From Candidatus Poriferihabitaceae bacterium (GTDB lineage: Bacteria; Pseudomonadota; Gammaproteobacteria; Arenicellales; Poriferihabitantaceae), in assembly GCA_965223465.1 (NCBI GenBank), contig OZ245025.1:845900-909899 (forward strand): DNA of 64,000 nt, given 5' to 3'. The notes under the pieces are model-generated. The model saw only the letters and a list, made by a program, of their open reading frames with translations, made no database searches and had not been told where the DNA came from. This document shows positions 1-10,742 of this stretch, one piece after another. A program made the translations under genes and the position numbers. Position 1 is the stretch's first letter. Every line of letters begins with the position of its first letter.

Positions 1-413
1 TGAGAATCTGTCCACCATTCCATTTTATCCATTCCAATAAATCTGCCCACAATAATAAGCACGGCTATAATTACCACCGCACGGAGCACACCAAATACAC
101 TGCCCAATGAGCGATCAATCCCAGTCATACCGGTTGAGGCAAACAGCTGGCTGATGATATAGCTGATCACGGACAAGGTGATGAGGGCAATTAAAAAAAC
201 AGCAACATAAGCAACCGCTAGATCTAGGGGTTCCTGGCTAATATAAGGTTTGATAAACACCTTCGCCTGCTCCCCATAGCGCCACGCTATAAGTCCCGCC
301 AGCACCCAGGCACCCAAGGATAATATCTCTTTTACAAAACCGCGATAGATACCAATCAGGATTGATATTGCAATAAAGATAATTAAAACAATATCTAATA
401 TTTGCACGCTCAT
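1..413 (-). CDS. cvpA: CvpA (colicin V production / membrane integrity protein); the 3' end runs off the window
   Basis: Hand translation from the ATG at 413..411 gives MSVQILDIVLIIFIAISILIGIYRGFVKEILSLGAWVLAGLIAWRYGEQ..., a multi-TM CvpA-like sequence. It is missing from the ORF track because it is open to the window edge. It completes the classical accD-folC-dedD-cvpA synteny. Confidence 0.8.
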   Translation of the reverse strand, partial: MSVQILDIVLIIFIAISILIGIYRGFVKEILSLGAWVLAGLIAWRYGEQAKVFIKPYISQEPLDLAVAYVAVFLIALITLSVISYIISQLFASTGMTGIDRSLGSVFGVLRAVVIIAVLIIVGRFIGMDKMEWWTDS

Positions 414-493
414 GCTGGGTTCCTCATATCGCTTTTGTCGAATTTATATGTTTTTGCGGGTAGAAATTATCGAAAATTAATAGACCATGCGTA

Positions 494-1234
494 CTAGGAG
501 CGAAATGGAAACTCCGCTACGTAGCCCCCGTTACCGGTTTGTTGTTCTATTTTCTTGGATAAGGCCTGCGCTTCTGCTTTATTTTTAAACGGGCCAATCC
601 AAACACGTGTCGCCGTACCAAAACTGGTTCGCGCCTCGCTGAGCTTGGGTTTATGCCCATTGCTACGCAGCACTTTCGCAATGGATTCAGCATTTTCAGA
701 CTTTGAAAAGATACCCGCTTGTACCACCCAACCTGATGTGGCCTGCTGGGTTGTGGGCGCTTTTTTTTCGGGAATCTTCTGGGGCTCTACTGCTTTAGGG
801 GGGGGCTTTTTCACCGCGACTTTTTCAACGTCTTCGACTTTCTCGGGCACAGGTGGCTTTTTCACCACGGGCTCAGGTTTGGGCTGTAGCTTGGGTGGCG
901 CATTTACTTTTTCAACGGGAGCAGGCACCGGCTCCTCTTGCATAAAAGGAGGGGGTTCAATGGGTTGCTGTAGTTGATCGAATTTCTTTAGTACGAGCCC
1001 GCCCTCATTATCCTGCTGCTTAGGCGGTACCGCTTGATTCTCGATACTTTTGGGGTCGGGTAAGGGCTGGATTTTCGACTGGAATCCGTTGATATTGTCA
1101 GGCTCAGGTAAAGGCTGCGGCGCTTGTTTGGGTTCGCCTAGAAATAATGGGATCAGCAACACCGCCAAAACCACCAACAAGGCAGCGCCCAGCAAGCGGT
1201 TTTTAAGCTGCGTGTTGGTAAGAGGTTCGGCCAA
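494..1234 (-). CDS. dedD: SPOR-domain cell-division protein, DedD-like
   Basis: N-terminal TM anchor, a Pro/Lys/Glu-rich linker and a C-terminal SPOR-like domain (SGWVVQAGIFSKSENAESIAKVL...RVWIGPFKNKAEAQAL). Position between folC and cvpA matches E. coli. Confidence 0.7.
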   Translation of the reverse strand: MAEPLTNTQLKNRLLGAALLVVLAVLLIPLFLGEPKQAPQPLPEPDNINGFQSKIQPLPDPKSIENQAVPPKQQDNEGGLVLKKFDQLQQPIEPPPFMQEEPVPAPVEKVNAPPKLQPKPEPVVKKPPVPEKVEDVEKVAVKKPPPKAVEPQKIPEKKAPTTQQATSGWVVQAGIFSKSENAESIAKVLRSNGHKPKLSEARTSFGTATRVWIGPFKNKAEAQALSKKIEQQTGNGGYVAEFPFRS

Positions 1235-1251
1235 AGCTAGAAAATACGCTG

Positions 1252-2526
1252 TTAAATATCAATGGCTGGGATTATAGCACCGACAAGGTGAAACGACCCA
1301 AATATTACAATTATGTCATCTTTATTTGTCCGCTGCATTGCTTGGGTAAACGCAGCCATTGGTGTAGCAAATAATTGGTATTCAGCCGTCATTTTTTCTT
1401 CTGCAGTGAACAATTTATCTCCAAGGGATTTCGCACTTTGTCCCCTGTCCCCTTCTAGTGTGGCTAGATACCAATGATCAACCCTTACTTTCAGTGCCTG
1501 CAATGAAGCTTGGTAGTTTTTATCGCTCAAAGTGCCAAAGACCGCGTGTATACGGCCTGTTATTGATAAGCCATCCATAAACTGGGACAAGGCAGCTATC
1601 GACTCTTTATTATGCGAAACGTCCAGTAAAATCGTGGGCTGCCCTTCGATTAGTTGTAATCTTGCGTTCAGCGACTGTGAATTTAGCCCGTTGCGAAGCC
1701 GTTTGCGACGCACTGGTAATATGTCACTTAACATGGCCACGGCAGCAATTACACCGGCTGTATTGTGTTGCTGGTGCGCTAATCGAGCTTTAAACTTAAA
1801 GCTATCGTATCCCTCGAGCTGCGCATGATTGGAGCTGAAAATTGCTTGCTTATCTGTCGAGCTTTGCACGCGATAATCCAATCCCGCCTGCACCATACTA
1901 GCCTCCTTTTCAGTGGCTATTTGGCGAACGCTTGCAGGGCACTTTGGATCGGCGAGCACCGCCATCCCCTGGTTTTTAATGATGCCTGCTTTTTCAGCAC
2001 CAATTTGCTCACGATCATCACCCAGCCAAGCTGCATGATCAACCCCAATAGCGGTTATTAACGCCAAATTATTATTCACAATATTGACTGCATCCAGGCG
2101 CCCTCCCATACCGACTTCCAACAAAATAACCTCAGGATCATTTTTACAGAAAATATGCAGTGCCAGCAGCGTATTGAATTCGAAAAAAGTTAATCTGACA
2201 TTGCCCCGAAGCTGCTCTATCCGCTCGAAGGCCTCGATTAAAACTTCGTTAGTAGCGCTTTGATTATTCAGGCATATGCGTTCGTTAAAATGCACCAGAT
2301 GAGGTGAAGTAAAAGCAGCCGTTCGATACCCCGCGTGACGATATATCGATTCCAGCATAGAGACGCTGCTGCCTTTACCATTGGTACCCGCCACCGCGAT
2401 CACCGGTGGCAAAGATTCGGGTTTAAATTTTTCCCATACCGCGGCGGCTCGCTCCAGACTTAAATCAATGGTTCGCGGGTGTAAGGTCTGGATATAGTCA
2501 ACCCATTGGGCAAGTGAACGGGACAT
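1252..2526 (-). CDS. folC: Bifunctional folylpolyglutamate synthase / dihydrofolate synthase
   Basis: 424 aa with a Mur-ligase-type P-loop (VAGTNGKGS). accD-folC synteny. Confidence 0.9.
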   Translation of the reverse strand: MSRSLAQWVDYIQTLHPRTIDLSLERAAAVWEKFKPESLPPVIAVAGTNGKGSSVSMLESIYRHAGYRTAAFTSPHLVHFNERICLNNQSATNEVLIEAFERIEQLRGNVRLTFFEFNTLLALHIFCKNDPEVILLEVGMGGRLDAVNIVNNNLALITAIGVDHAAWLGDDREQIGAEKAGIIKNQGMAVLADPKCPASVRQIATEKEASMVQAGLDYRVQSSTDKQAIFSSNHAQLEGYDSFKFKARLAHQQHNTAGVIAAVAMLSDILPVRRKRLRNGLNSQSLNARLQLIEGQPTILLDVSHNKESIAALSQFMDGLSITGRIHAVFGTLSDKNYQASLQALKVRVDHWYLATLEGDRGQSAKSLGDKLFTAEEKMTAEYQLFATPMAAFTQAMQRTNKDDIIVIFGSFHLVGAIIPAIDI

Positions 2527-2546
2527 GCGAACGGGTTTGTTGCAGG

Positions 2547-3419
2547 CTACGCGTTCGCAGTTGCGCGCTGATCGAAATATAGCGTACTCAGCAGTTGATA
2601 AATACTTTCAGAAAGCTGGCCTCGGGGTACAATCATATCAATCGAGCCATGTTCAAGTAAAAATTCAGCCCGTTGGAACCCTTTGGGTAGTTTTTCACGC
2701 ACGGTCTGCTCTATCACGCGTTGTCCTGCGAAGCCTACTAGGGCGTTCGGTTCGGCAATAATCACGTCTCCCAGCATCGCAAAACTCGCGGATACCCCTC
2801 CCATGGTAGGATCAGTCAACACTGAAACATAAGGGATAGAAGCCCGCTTAAGGCGTTTCAACGCTGCAACGGTTTTACTCAGCTGCATGAGAGAAAATAA
2901 GCCTTCTTGCATCCGCGCTCCACCGCTGGCAGAAAAACAGATAAAGGGTAGCTCTTCTTTAAGCGCGGTTTCCACCGCTCGCACAAAACGCTCGCCCACC
3001 ACAGCGCCCATCGAGCCACCCATGAAATTAAAATCAAATGCTGCCACGACCACGGGTTGATCCACCAGTAAACCCTTAGCAACCACCAGCGCCTCACTTG
3101 CACTGCTATTTTTGCGCGCTTCGTTCAGTCTATCCCTATATTTTTTTAAATCACGAAATTTGAGCGCATCATCGGTACCCACCTCTTCCCCAATTAACTC
3201 AAAGTCCTCGTGGCCAAAAAATGAGTTAAAGCGCTTCATTCCTCCAATACGATGGTGATGACCGCATTTTGGGCATACTTCAAAACTGCTGACCAGCTCC
3301 GCAGCATATAAAATGGCCTGACATCCCTCACACTTTCTCCACAACCCTTTCGGAACGCCCGTCTCTTTATCGCGACCTTTCTTGATTTTGGGTGGAATAA
3401 TTCTATCAAGCCAATTCAT
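2547..3419 (-). CDS. accD: Acetyl-CoA carboxylase carboxyltransferase beta subunit
   Basis: N-terminal Cys4 zinc ribbon (CEGCQAILY...CPKCGHH) followed by a carboxyltransferase domain (GGSMGAVVGE, SGGARMQEG). Confidence 0.95.
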   Translation of the reverse strand: MNWLDRIIPPKIKKGRDKETGVPKGLWRKCEGCQAILYAAELVSSFEVCPKCGHHHRIGGMKRFNSFFGHEDFELIGEEVGTDDALKFRDLKKYRDRLNEARKNSSASEALVVAKGLLVDQPVVVAAFDFNFMGGSMGAVVGERFVRAVETALKEELPFICFSASGGARMQEGLFSLMQLSKTVAALKRLKRASIPYVSVLTDPTMGGVSASFAMLGDVIIAEPNALVGFAGQRVIEQTVREKLPKGFQRAEFLLEHGSIDMIVPRGQLSESIYQLLSTLYFDQRATANA

Positions 3420-3459
3420 AACTAACCCTGTAATAGTATGGCCGGGATTATACCCAATA

Positions 3460-4737
3460 TTAAGTTGTTATTAGCCAAGGCTTGAGTAATGCCATAGTTT
3501 TACTCAAAGCGCCCTGATTAGTCGCGACCACTTCTTTACCCTTTATTCCAATGGTCCGTCTCATCGCTGCATCGCCCGCGAGTTTATTGCAGACAGCAAA
3601 TAAAGACTTTTCATCATGCACTTGTAAACCAGCACCTGCTTGTTTGACCAAGCGCGCTATTTGCCTAAAATTATCCATATGCTGCCCAAAAATAACCGGT
3701 ACACCTGCATGACAGGCCTCGAGCACATTATGCCCTCCCACCGGCACCAAGCTACCGCCAACAAAACACCAATCACTGATGGCAATGAATTGATTGAGCT
3801 CCCCCATGCTATCCACCACTAAAACTTGGGTTTCCGCCGATAATGGCTCAGCTAAGTTTAGTTCGCTGCGTCTTAGTGTGTTAAAACGCCCACTTGATAG
3901 TTGATCAACATCGTCAAAGCGTTCGGGATGGCGTGGCACGATGATGAGTAACAAGTCGGGATGATCTGCTAGCAATGCAGCATGCACCCCTAAAACAATT
4001 TGATCTTCGCCGGCATGGGTACTACCCGCGAGCCATATTGGGCGTTCCCCAAGCCAGGTTTGCCTGTCTTTGAGCTGATCCGGCACGCTGGAAGGCTCGA
4101 CTGTCTCAAGTTCAAATTTCAGATTACCCACCACGGATACGCGCGCTTTATCTGCACCTAGGCTTATCACCCTGGTGGCATCTTCTTTGGTTTGCGCTGC
4201 AAAGTAATCAATATTGTCGAGCGCCTGACGGGTTAATGAGGCCATTATTTGATAACGCTTAAATGAATGATCGCTCAGTCGCAGATTTGAAATGAGCAAG
4301 TGAATTCCTTTTATCCGCGCGAAATGCAATAGATTAGGCCAAAGCTCTGTTTCCATGATAATACCCACCTTGGGTTGAACCTTGGCAAAAAATCGTTTCA
4401 CCGAACCCGGCAAGTCATAGGGTAGGTACGTGTGAAAAACGCGACCTGCGAGTTGGGTTTGAATGATTTTTGACCCCGTAGGTGTACCGCACGTTACCGT
4501 AATCGGTAAGTTCGGATATTCTGTCTGTATTCCCTTAATTAACTTGACAGCGGCAATAGATTCGCCCACCGAAACCGCGTGCACCCAAACCCCATTTCTG
4601 GCCGGTTCGGTGGATAGTAACCCGAAACGTTCGCCCATTCGCTGACGGTAGCCCTTATTTTTTATTGATCGATACAGTAATCTGAGCAGTACCAGCGGCA
4701 GCAATAAATAAAGCAACAAGCTATATAGAACGCGCAC
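3460..4737 (-). CDS. waaA: 3-deoxy-D-manno-octulosonic acid (Kdo) transferase
   Basis: 425 aa. Typical KdtA N-terminus (MRVLYSLLLYLLLPLVLLRLLYRS...GYRQRMGERFG...VWVHAVSVGE). Confidence 0.9.
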   Translation of the reverse strand: MRVLYSLLLYLLLPLVLLRLLYRSIKNKGYRQRMGERFGLLSTEPARNGVWVHAVSVGESIAAVKLIKGIQTEYPNLPITVTCGTPTGSKIIQTQLAGRVFHTYLPYDLPGSVKRFFAKVQPKVGIIMETELWPNLLHFARIKGIHLLISNLRLSDHSFKRYQIMASLTRQALDNIDYFAAQTKEDATRVISLGADKARVSVVGNLKFELETVEPSSVPDQLKDRQTWLGERPIWLAGSTHAGEDQIVLGVHAALLADHPDLLLIIVPRHPERFDDVDQLSSGRFNTLRRSELNLAEPLSAETQVLVVDSMGELNQFIAISDWCFVGGSLVPVGGHNVLEACHAGVPVIFGQHMDNFRQIARLVKQAGAGLQVHDEKSLFAVCNKLAGDAAMRRTIGIKGKEVVATNQGALSKTMALLKPWLITT

Positions 4738-4750
4738 TAAAATTTCTCGC

Positions 4751-5662
4751 TTAGGTTAACCAATCCCGCGGTTTTAAAAAGTACTCCGTAAGCCTGGCTT
4801 CAACACTACCAGCCTCGGGCTGATAGTTGTAGTGCCATTGCACTTTTGGCGGAAGTGACATTAAAATTGATTCGGTGCGACCTTTTGACTGCAATCCAAA
4901 TATGGTACCCCGATCATATAACAGGTTATATTCCACATACCGCCCTCGTCGATAAGCCTGAAATTGTCTTTCAGCCTTACCATAGGGCGTATGTTTGCGG
5001 CGCGACAATATAGGCTGGTAGGCCTTGATATAGCTGTCTCCAACGCTTTGCGTAAAACCAAACGCATGCGCAAAACCCTGTTCGTTAAAATCATCAAAAA
5101 ACAGACCCCCTACGCCACGCTGTTCGTTGCGGTGTGGTAGATAAAAATATGCGTCACAGGCTTGCTTAAATCGAGGGTAATAGTTGGGATGAAAAGCATC
5201 ACAAGCCGCTTTGGCCGTAAGGTGCCAGTCAGTAACATCACTTTCGTCCGCATAGTACGGGGTTAAATCATAACCGCCCCCGAACCACCATACGGGGTGA
5301 TCTCCTTCAGGATTGGCGATAAAAAAGCGTACATTGGCGTGCGAGGTTGGGACGTAAGGGTTTTTGGGGTGAATCACGACCGACACACCCATGGCTTCAA
5401 AAGGCTGCCCCGCGATTTCAGGGCGCTTGGCAGAAGCAGCGGCGGGTAGCGCCGAGCCTTTGACGTGTGAAAAATTAACTCCGCCTTTCTCTATGATCTG
5501 ACCCGTAATGACTTTAGTGAGCCCACCTCCACCATTGGTATGTTGCCACTGGTCGGAAAGAAATGTTTCATTTTCTGCTTCTTTCTCAATCACGGTGCAT
5601 ATATTTTGCTGCAAGCGCAAAAAATACTGCTTTATGGTGTCTAGGGGTAGATTATGCATCAC
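4751..5662 (-). CDS. hemF: Oxygen-dependent coproporphyrinogen III oxidase
   Basis: 303 aa with full-length HemF-like blocks ([63 protein letters not shown]). Confidence 0.95.
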   Translation of the reverse strand: MMHNLPLDTIKQYFLRLQQNICTVIEKEAENETFLSDQWQHTNGGGGLTKVITGQIIEKGGVNFSHVKGSALPAAASAKRPEIAGQPFEAMGVSVVIHPKNPYVPTSHANVRFFIANPEGDHPVWWFGGGYDLTPYYADESDVTDWHLTAKAACDAFHPNYYPRFKQACDAYFYLPHRNEQRGVGGLFFDDFNEQGFAHAFGFTQSVGDSYIKAYQPILSRRKHTPYGKAERQFQAYRRGRYVEYNLLYDRGTIFGLQSKGRTESILMSLPPKVQWHYNYQPEAGSVEARLTEYFLKPRDWLT

Positions 5663-5665
5663 GCA

Positions 5666-6256
5666 TTACCCAGCTCTGATAGTTTGCATGGTACGTGCAT
5701 CTATAATTTTACTGGGGTTTGGTATACCTTGTATTGGTAAATCAAGCACATAGTCGATTTGATGGTCGAATACGGCCTGTACCTCTGCCCCTGATTTGAG
5801 CGGTAGCTCGCCGGTCAAGTTCGCACTGGTTGAGACCAAGGCGGATTGTACGCCCGCACACAATGTCGTTATAGGCTTAAATGCGGGTATTCTTAGCGCA
5901 AGCGTATCGTGCTGGCCGGTTAATGAACTAGGGCAGGTTTTTAGCGCAGGAATGAGCCAAGTTGTCGCACCGGGCCAACTCGATTGAATTTGTTTACGGG
6001 TATCTTTACTTAGTGCGGTCCAGTCTAACAGATTCTGCACGCGTTCAATTTGATCCGCCACGACGATTAGACCCTGTTCGGCAGGACGATCTTTGAGCAT
6101 ACGTATACGCTTAATCCCCGCTTGATTATTGATCAAACAACCCAAGCCAAAACAGGCTTCTGCTGGATACGCGACAATGCCCCCTCCTTTGAGCACTTCG
6201 ATAGCTTGCTGAATCAATTGGGCCGGTTCAGGCACGGCTACTTGAACGGGTATCAA
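5666..6256 (-). CDS. tsaC: L-threonylcarbamoyladenylate synthase (YrdC/TsaC type)
   Basis: 196 aa, colinear with E. coli YrdC from memory (IVAYPAEACFGLGC, LKDRPAEQGLIVV, SWPGATTWL, LVSTSANLTGE). Confidence 0.85.
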   Translation of the reverse strand: MIPVQVAVPEPAQLIQQAIEVLKGGGIVAYPAEACFGLGCLINNQAGIKRIRMLKDRPAEQGLIVVADQIERVQNLLDWTALSKDTRKQIQSSWPGATTWLIPALKTCPSSLTGQHDTLALRIPAFKPITTLCAGVQSALVSTSANLTGELPLKSGAEVQAVFDHQIDYVLDLPIQGIPNPSKIIDARTMQTIRAG

Positions 6257-6599
6257 GAAAACGCAGCCGTTTAAGTAGATAAACAGTCACGAGCGTGGCG
6301 AGTACCACCCCTAAACTATCTGCTAACCAATCACCAATAGAAAAACTGCGCCCGGGAATAAAATGTTGCAGAATTTCGGTTAGTGCGGCATAGCTGATCA
6401 GCAATATGGCAATATTCTTTTCGGACATATATCGCCAGGCAACAATCGCCAAACCGGTGAGCACCGCAAAACTAGCCATATGATACAGCTTGTCCCAGCG
6501 CCCAGCCGAGACGATAGTCACCGGTGTCAGCAACTGCCAACTGAGCAAGCAGAAATAGGCGATGAACACCAGCCTCCACATCCACTTCAGTAAACTCAT
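6228..6599 (-). CDS. VanZ-family small membrane protein
   Basis: 123 aa with four predicted TM helices and a VanZ-like motif (WDKLYHMASFAVLTGL...GRSFSIGDWLADSLG). Its stop overlaps the tsaC start by 29 nt, and its start overlaps the purD stop by 4 nt. Confidence 0.55.
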   Translation of the reverse strand: MSLLKWMWRLVFIAYFCLLSWQLLTPVTIVSAGRWDKLYHMASFAVLTGLAIVAWRYMSEKNIAILLISYAALTEILQHFIPGRSFSIGDWLADSLGVVLATLVTVYLLKRLRFLDTRSSSRA

Positions 6600-7879
6600 G
6601 CTTCGCGATCAATCGCCCGATAAGCGATATCCCTTCGATACCACATGCCTTGCCAGTTAATTTTCTCAGCCGCCTGATAAGCCTTGGTCTGCGCCTTAAG
6701 GGTTGATTCTCCCAGTGCACATACTGCCATGACACGCCCGCCATGCGTCACCAGCTTTTCTCCCTGTAATTGCGTTCCAGCGTGGAAGACTTTTACACTA
6801 TCCAGTCGAGCCAAATCAGGATCGATAGTTATTTCGCGACCTTTTTCATAGCTTGCGGGATAACCTTCGGCTGCTAATACCACACCTAGCGCAACTTTGT
6901 CATTCCATTGCGCTGTATCTGGCAATTTGCCTTCAACCGCTGCAATACACAACGCGACCAAATCAGATTCCAGGCGCATCATAATGGGCTGGGTTTCCGG
7001 GTCTCCCATACGACAATTAAACTCCAAGACTTTTGGAATACCTTGAGTATCTATCATCACGCCCGCGTATAAAAACCCGGTATACGGTATACCGTCAGCC
7101 TGTAAGCCCTCAACCGTCGGAATCATCACCGTTTGCATAATTTTGTCATGCATTGCCGCATCCACTACCGGCGCCGGTGTATATGCGCCCATACCCCCTG
7201 TATTGGGGCCTTGATCACCATCGTAAGCTGCTTTGTGGTCCTGACTACTGGCGAAAGGCAAAATTTGGCCATTGGCGACCATACAAATAAAACTGGCCTC
7301 TTCGCCTTGCAAAAACTCCTCAATTACCACCGAAGCACCCGCGCTGCCAAATACATTATTTTGCAGGATATCCTCTAAAGTAGCGTTGGCCTCATCATGG
7401 GTTTGTGCAATGATCACGCCTTTGCCCGCTGCCAAGCCGTCCGCTTTGATGACAATCGGCATCATTTTGCCTTGAATGTATTCACGCGCGCTGGACAACT
7501 CATCAAAATGCGCATAATCCGCCGTAGGAATCGCGTGACGCGCCAGAAAATCTTTGCTAAAGGCCTTAGAGCCCTCCATCTGAGCAGCCTGTTTACGCGG
7601 CCCAAAACACTTTATTCCTGCTGCTTCAAATTGATCCGTCACCCCCAATACCAGGGGCAATTCTGGTCCGACAATGCAAAGTTCAATCTGTTGCTGCTGA
7701 GCAAAACTCAACAAACCATCGATATCGTCGACCGCAATATCAATATTTCTGGTTTTCGGTTCATCTACTGTGCCTGCGTTGCCCGGCGCGACGAAAATTT
7801 GGTCCACCAAATCAGACTGAGCCACTTTCCAACAGAGTGCATGCTCGCGCCCGCCTTCACCAATAATCAGAATTTTCAT
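6596..7879 (-). CDS. purD: Phosphoribosylamine-glycine ligase
   Basis: 427 aa. MKILIIGEGGREHALCWK start and an ATP-grasp body. purH-purD pair. Confidence 0.95.
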   Translation of the reverse strand: MKILIIGEGGREHALCWKVAQSDLVDQIFVAPGNAGTVDEPKTRNIDIAVDDIDGLLSFAQQQQIELCIVGPELPLVLGVTDQFEAAGIKCFGPRKQAAQMEGSKAFSKDFLARHAIPTADYAHFDELSSAREYIQGKMMPIVIKADGLAAGKGVIIAQTHDEANATLEDILQNNVFGSAGASVVIEEFLQGEEASFICMVANGQILPFASSQDHKAAYDGDQGPNTGGMGAYTPAPVVDAAMHDKIMQTVMIPTVEGLQADGIPYTGFLYAGVMIDTQGIPKVLEFNCRMGDPETQPIMMRLESDLVALCIAAVEGKLPDTAQWNDKVALGVVLAAEGYPASYEKGREITIDPDLARLDSVKVFHAGTQLQGEKLVTHGGRVMAVCALGESTLKAQTKAYQAAEKINWQGMWYRRDIAYRAIDREA

Positions 7880-7881
7880 GG

Positions 7882-9456
7882 TCAGTGTCTAAAATGGCGC
7901 ATGCCGGTGAATACCATCGCGATATCATGCTCATTCGCCGCCGCGATAACTTCGTCGTCGCGCATGGAACCACCGGGTTGAATGACGGCTGAAATACCGA
8001 CCTCAGCGGCGTTATCCAAACCATCTCTAAATGGAAAAAAAGCATCTGAGGCCATCACCGCACCTTTGACTGATAACTCAGCGTGTTCTGCCTTTATCGC
8101 AGCAATTCGAGCCGAATTAACCCGGCTCATCTGGCCCGCACCGACCCCGATTGTCATCAAATCCTTGCCATAGATAATCGCGTTGGATTTTACGAATTTG
8201 GCCACTTTCCAGGCAAATAACAAATCGCGCATTTCTTCCTCTGTGGGCGCGCGTTCAGTGACAACCTTCAATTCGTGGTATAAAAGATCATCAATATCCT
8301 GTACCAATAAGCCACCATTTACGCGCTTAAAATCGAGCTTGGATTGCGCTTTTTGCGGCCACTGCCCACAGCTAAGCAAGCGTACATTTTTCTTTTTAGC
8401 GGCCACTTTTATCGCCTCGTCACTCACTTCAGGCGCAATCACCACTTCGACAAATTGCTTATCCAGTATGGTTTGCAAGGTTTGGCCATCGAGTTCCTGA
8501 TTAAACGCGATGATGCCACCAAACGCTGATTCGGGATCAGTACTAAAAGCCCGCTGATAGGCATCTAGCAAGGTACTGCCATAGGCCACACCACAAGGAT
8601 TAGCATGCTTTACGATGACACAAGCCGCTTGCTCATCGAACTGTTTTAGGCATTCCAAGGCAGCATCAGTATCCGCAATATTATTATACGATAAGGCTTT
8701 ACCTTGATGCTGTTGGGCAGTCGAAACCGATGCTTCTTGATGTTTCAAATCCTTATAAAATGCCGCGCGTTGGTGTGGGTTTTCCCCATAACGCATATCC
8801 TGAGCCAGATGAAACTGCTGGTTGACGGTGCGCGCGAATCCCTCTGTTTTAACGCCTTGTTCCACCGCCCCTAAATAATTAGCGACCATACCATCATAGG
8901 CGGCAGTGTGCTCATACGTTTTCACCGCCAACTCAAATCGTAATGTCTCGCTGGTTGATCCATCCAGCGTATCCAGTTCTGCCAGTACCCGAACATAATC
9001 CTGTTGGTCTACCACTACCGTGACATCATTATAATTCTTAGCCGCAGCCCGCAGCATAGCAGGCCCACCAATATCAATATTCTCAATGGCATTATCCAGG
9101 GTACAGTTTTTATCCGCTGTCGCCTGTTCAAAGGGATATAAATTGATTACAAGCAGATCTATGGGCTTAATATCATGAGCCTGCATCACTTCATCATCCG
9201 TCCCGCGTCGCCCTAAAATACCGCCATGTACTTTGGGATGCAGCGTTTTAACGCGTCCGTCCATCATTTCCGGGAAACCTGTGTAGTCACTGACATCCGT
9301 TACTGGTATACCATTATCTCGCAATAATGCAGCGGTACCACCAGTTGACAAAATCTCGATATCAAAGCGTTGTAATTTTTGTGCGAATGGAATGAGATCG
9401 GTCTTATCAGACACACTCATCAAGGCGCGGCGAACAGGTTTCAAATTCATCGTCAT
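7882..9456 (-). CDS. purH: Bifunctional AICAR transformylase / IMP cyclohydrolase
   Basis: 524 aa with conserved PurH blocks ([36 protein letters not shown]-terminal RHFRH). Confidence 0.95.
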   Translation of the reverse strand: MTMNLKPVRRALMSVSDKTDLIPFAQKLQRFDIEILSTGGTAALLRDNGIPVTDVSDYTGFPEMMDGRVKTLHPKVHGGILGRRGTDDEVMQAHDIKPIDLLVINLYPFEQATADKNCTLDNAIENIDIGGPAMLRAAAKNYNDVTVVVDQQDYVRVLAELDTLDGSTSETLRFELAVKTYEHTAAYDGMVANYLGAVEQGVKTEGFARTVNQQFHLAQDMRYGENPHQRAAFYKDLKHQEASVSTAQQHQGKALSYNNIADTDAALECLKQFDEQAACVIVKHANPCGVAYGSTLLDAYQRAFSTDPESAFGGIIAFNQELDGQTLQTILDKQFVEVVIAPEVSDEAIKVAAKKKNVRLLSCGQWPQKAQSKLDFKRVNGGLLVQDIDDLLYHELKVVTERAPTEEEMRDLLFAWKVAKFVKSNAIIYGKDLMTIGVGAGQMSRVNSARIAAIKAEHAELSVKGAVMASDAFFPFRDGLDNAAEVGISAVIQPGGSMRDDEVIAAANEHDIAMVFTGMRHFRH

Positions 9457-9492
9457 GAGTTTAGTTTAGATATAAATAGGCGCTGTAGTGGT

Positions 9493-9735
9493 TTACAGCA
9501 TATTAAATTTTCCAAGTCGGGTACGCAAAGTGTTGCGATTTATCCCGAGCATTTTAGCCGCTTCGGTTTGATTCCCTTCGGCAAGTTTCATAACGCATTC
9601 AAATAGTGATTTTTCCACTTCGAAAATCACCATTGCGTGTAAACCCGTGGGTGTTTCGCCATTCAAACTATTGAAATAATTGTCCAAAGCGGTGTCCACT
9701 GCCTGGCCTAGCGTTAATTCACTGGTTTTTGTCAT
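9493..9735 (-). CDS. fis: DNA-binding nucleoid protein Fis
   Basis: C-terminal HTH (GNQTEAAKMLGINRNTLRTRLGKFNML). I prefer the ATG at 9735, which forms an ATGA overlap with the dusB stop (translationally coupled dusB-fis operon). The ORF track extends to 9759. Confidence 0.9.
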   Translation of the reverse strand: MTKTSELTLGQAVDTALDNYFNSLNGETPTGLHAMVIFEVEKSLFECVMKLAEGNQTEAAKMLGINRNTLRTRLGKFNML

Positions 9736-10742
9736 GCTGCGAGCGGCGGGATGTTGCACTTAGGTTGATGGTACTGCATTTGCGCGTCGTAAAAAGCTTC
9801 CAGCGCTTGTATGGTTTGCTGGGCTTCTTGCATCTGGTTTATTTGTTTAGACAACACAATGCCCCCTTCAAAATGCGCCAAATACCAACGTATATGTTTG
9901 CGCGCAATCCGCACACCCATGGCTTCACCATAGTAGCTATGAATAAGCCGAAGATGGGAAAGAACGGTGTCTTTTTGGGTGGCTAAATCAGGCGCTGCAA
10001 AGTTGTTCGAAGTGCCAAGCTGCGCCGCAATCAAAGCGGGTAACCATGGTTGGCCCTGAGCTGCACGCCCAATCATGACACCATCTGCACCCGTTTGCTG
10101 CAATATCGTTTTGGCCTGTTGCCCACTGGTAATATCCCCATTTGCAATGACCGGAATCGATACTGCTCGCTTTACGCTTGTTATGGTTTCATATTCGGCT
10201 GTGCCATTAAACAAGCAGGCCCTACTCCGACCATGAATTACTATGCTTTGAATGCCTGATTGCTCCGCAATATGCGCGACATTCAGTGCGTTATTTTGGT
10301 TTTTACTGACGCCGGTACGGATTTTTAACGTCACTGGCACCTGCACCGCCGCAACCACAGCTTCAATGATCTCCCGTACGCGTCGCTCGTCAGCAAGTAA
10401 AGCCGAACCGGCTGCTTTGCGACAAACTTTCTTGGTCGGGCAGCCCATGTTGATATCAATCAGGCCGGCGCCCAAATCCTCATTGAAAGCAGCCGCATTG
10501 GCCATTTCTTGGGGATCATTGCCCACGATTTGGATTGCTCTTGGGAGGGGTTCATCCAACGATATTCTACGTAAAAGACTCTTATTCGAATTTTGCAAAG
10601 TTGGTTTTGCAGAGACCATTTCTGCCACCGTCATCCCGACACCAAACTGGCGAACGATATGTCGGAAAGGTAAATCAGTAATTCCCGCCATCGGTGCCAA
10701 TACCACGGGTGTTTTGAGCCGATAAGGACCAATCGATAGCAT
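9732..10742 (-). CDS. dusB: tRNA-dihydrouridine synthase B
   Basis: 336 aa Dus TIM-barrel (LAPMAGITDLPFR, DINMGCP, GADGVMIGR). Lies directly upstream of fis. Confidence 0.9.
   Translation of the reverse strand: MLSIGPYRLKTPVVLAPMAGITDLPFRHIVRQFGVGMTVAEMVSAKPTLQNSNKSLLRRISLDEPLPRAIQIVGNDPQEMANAAAFNEDLGAGLIDINMGCPTKKVCRKAAGSALLADERRVREIIEAVVAAVQVPVTLKIRTGVSKNQNNALNVAHIAEQSGIQSIVIHGRSRACLFNGTAEYETITSVKRAVSIPVIANGDITSGQQAKTILQQTGADGVMIGRAAQGQPWLPALIAAQLGTSNNFAAPDLATQKDTVLSHLRLIHSYYGEAMGVRIARKHIRWYLAHFEGGIVLSKQINQMQEAQQTIQALEAFYDAQMQYHQPKCNIPPLAA

Noticed and set aside
7397-7981. 194-aa plus-strand ORF antisense to purD/purH.
   Set aside because: It lies entirely within well-supported minus-strand genes and has low-complexity, Arg/Cys/Phe-rich shadow-frame composition. 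It is a typical antisense artefact.
10252-10725. 157-aa plus-strand ORF antisense to dusB.
   Set aside because: Same reasoning: it is fully embedded in dusB on the opposite strand.
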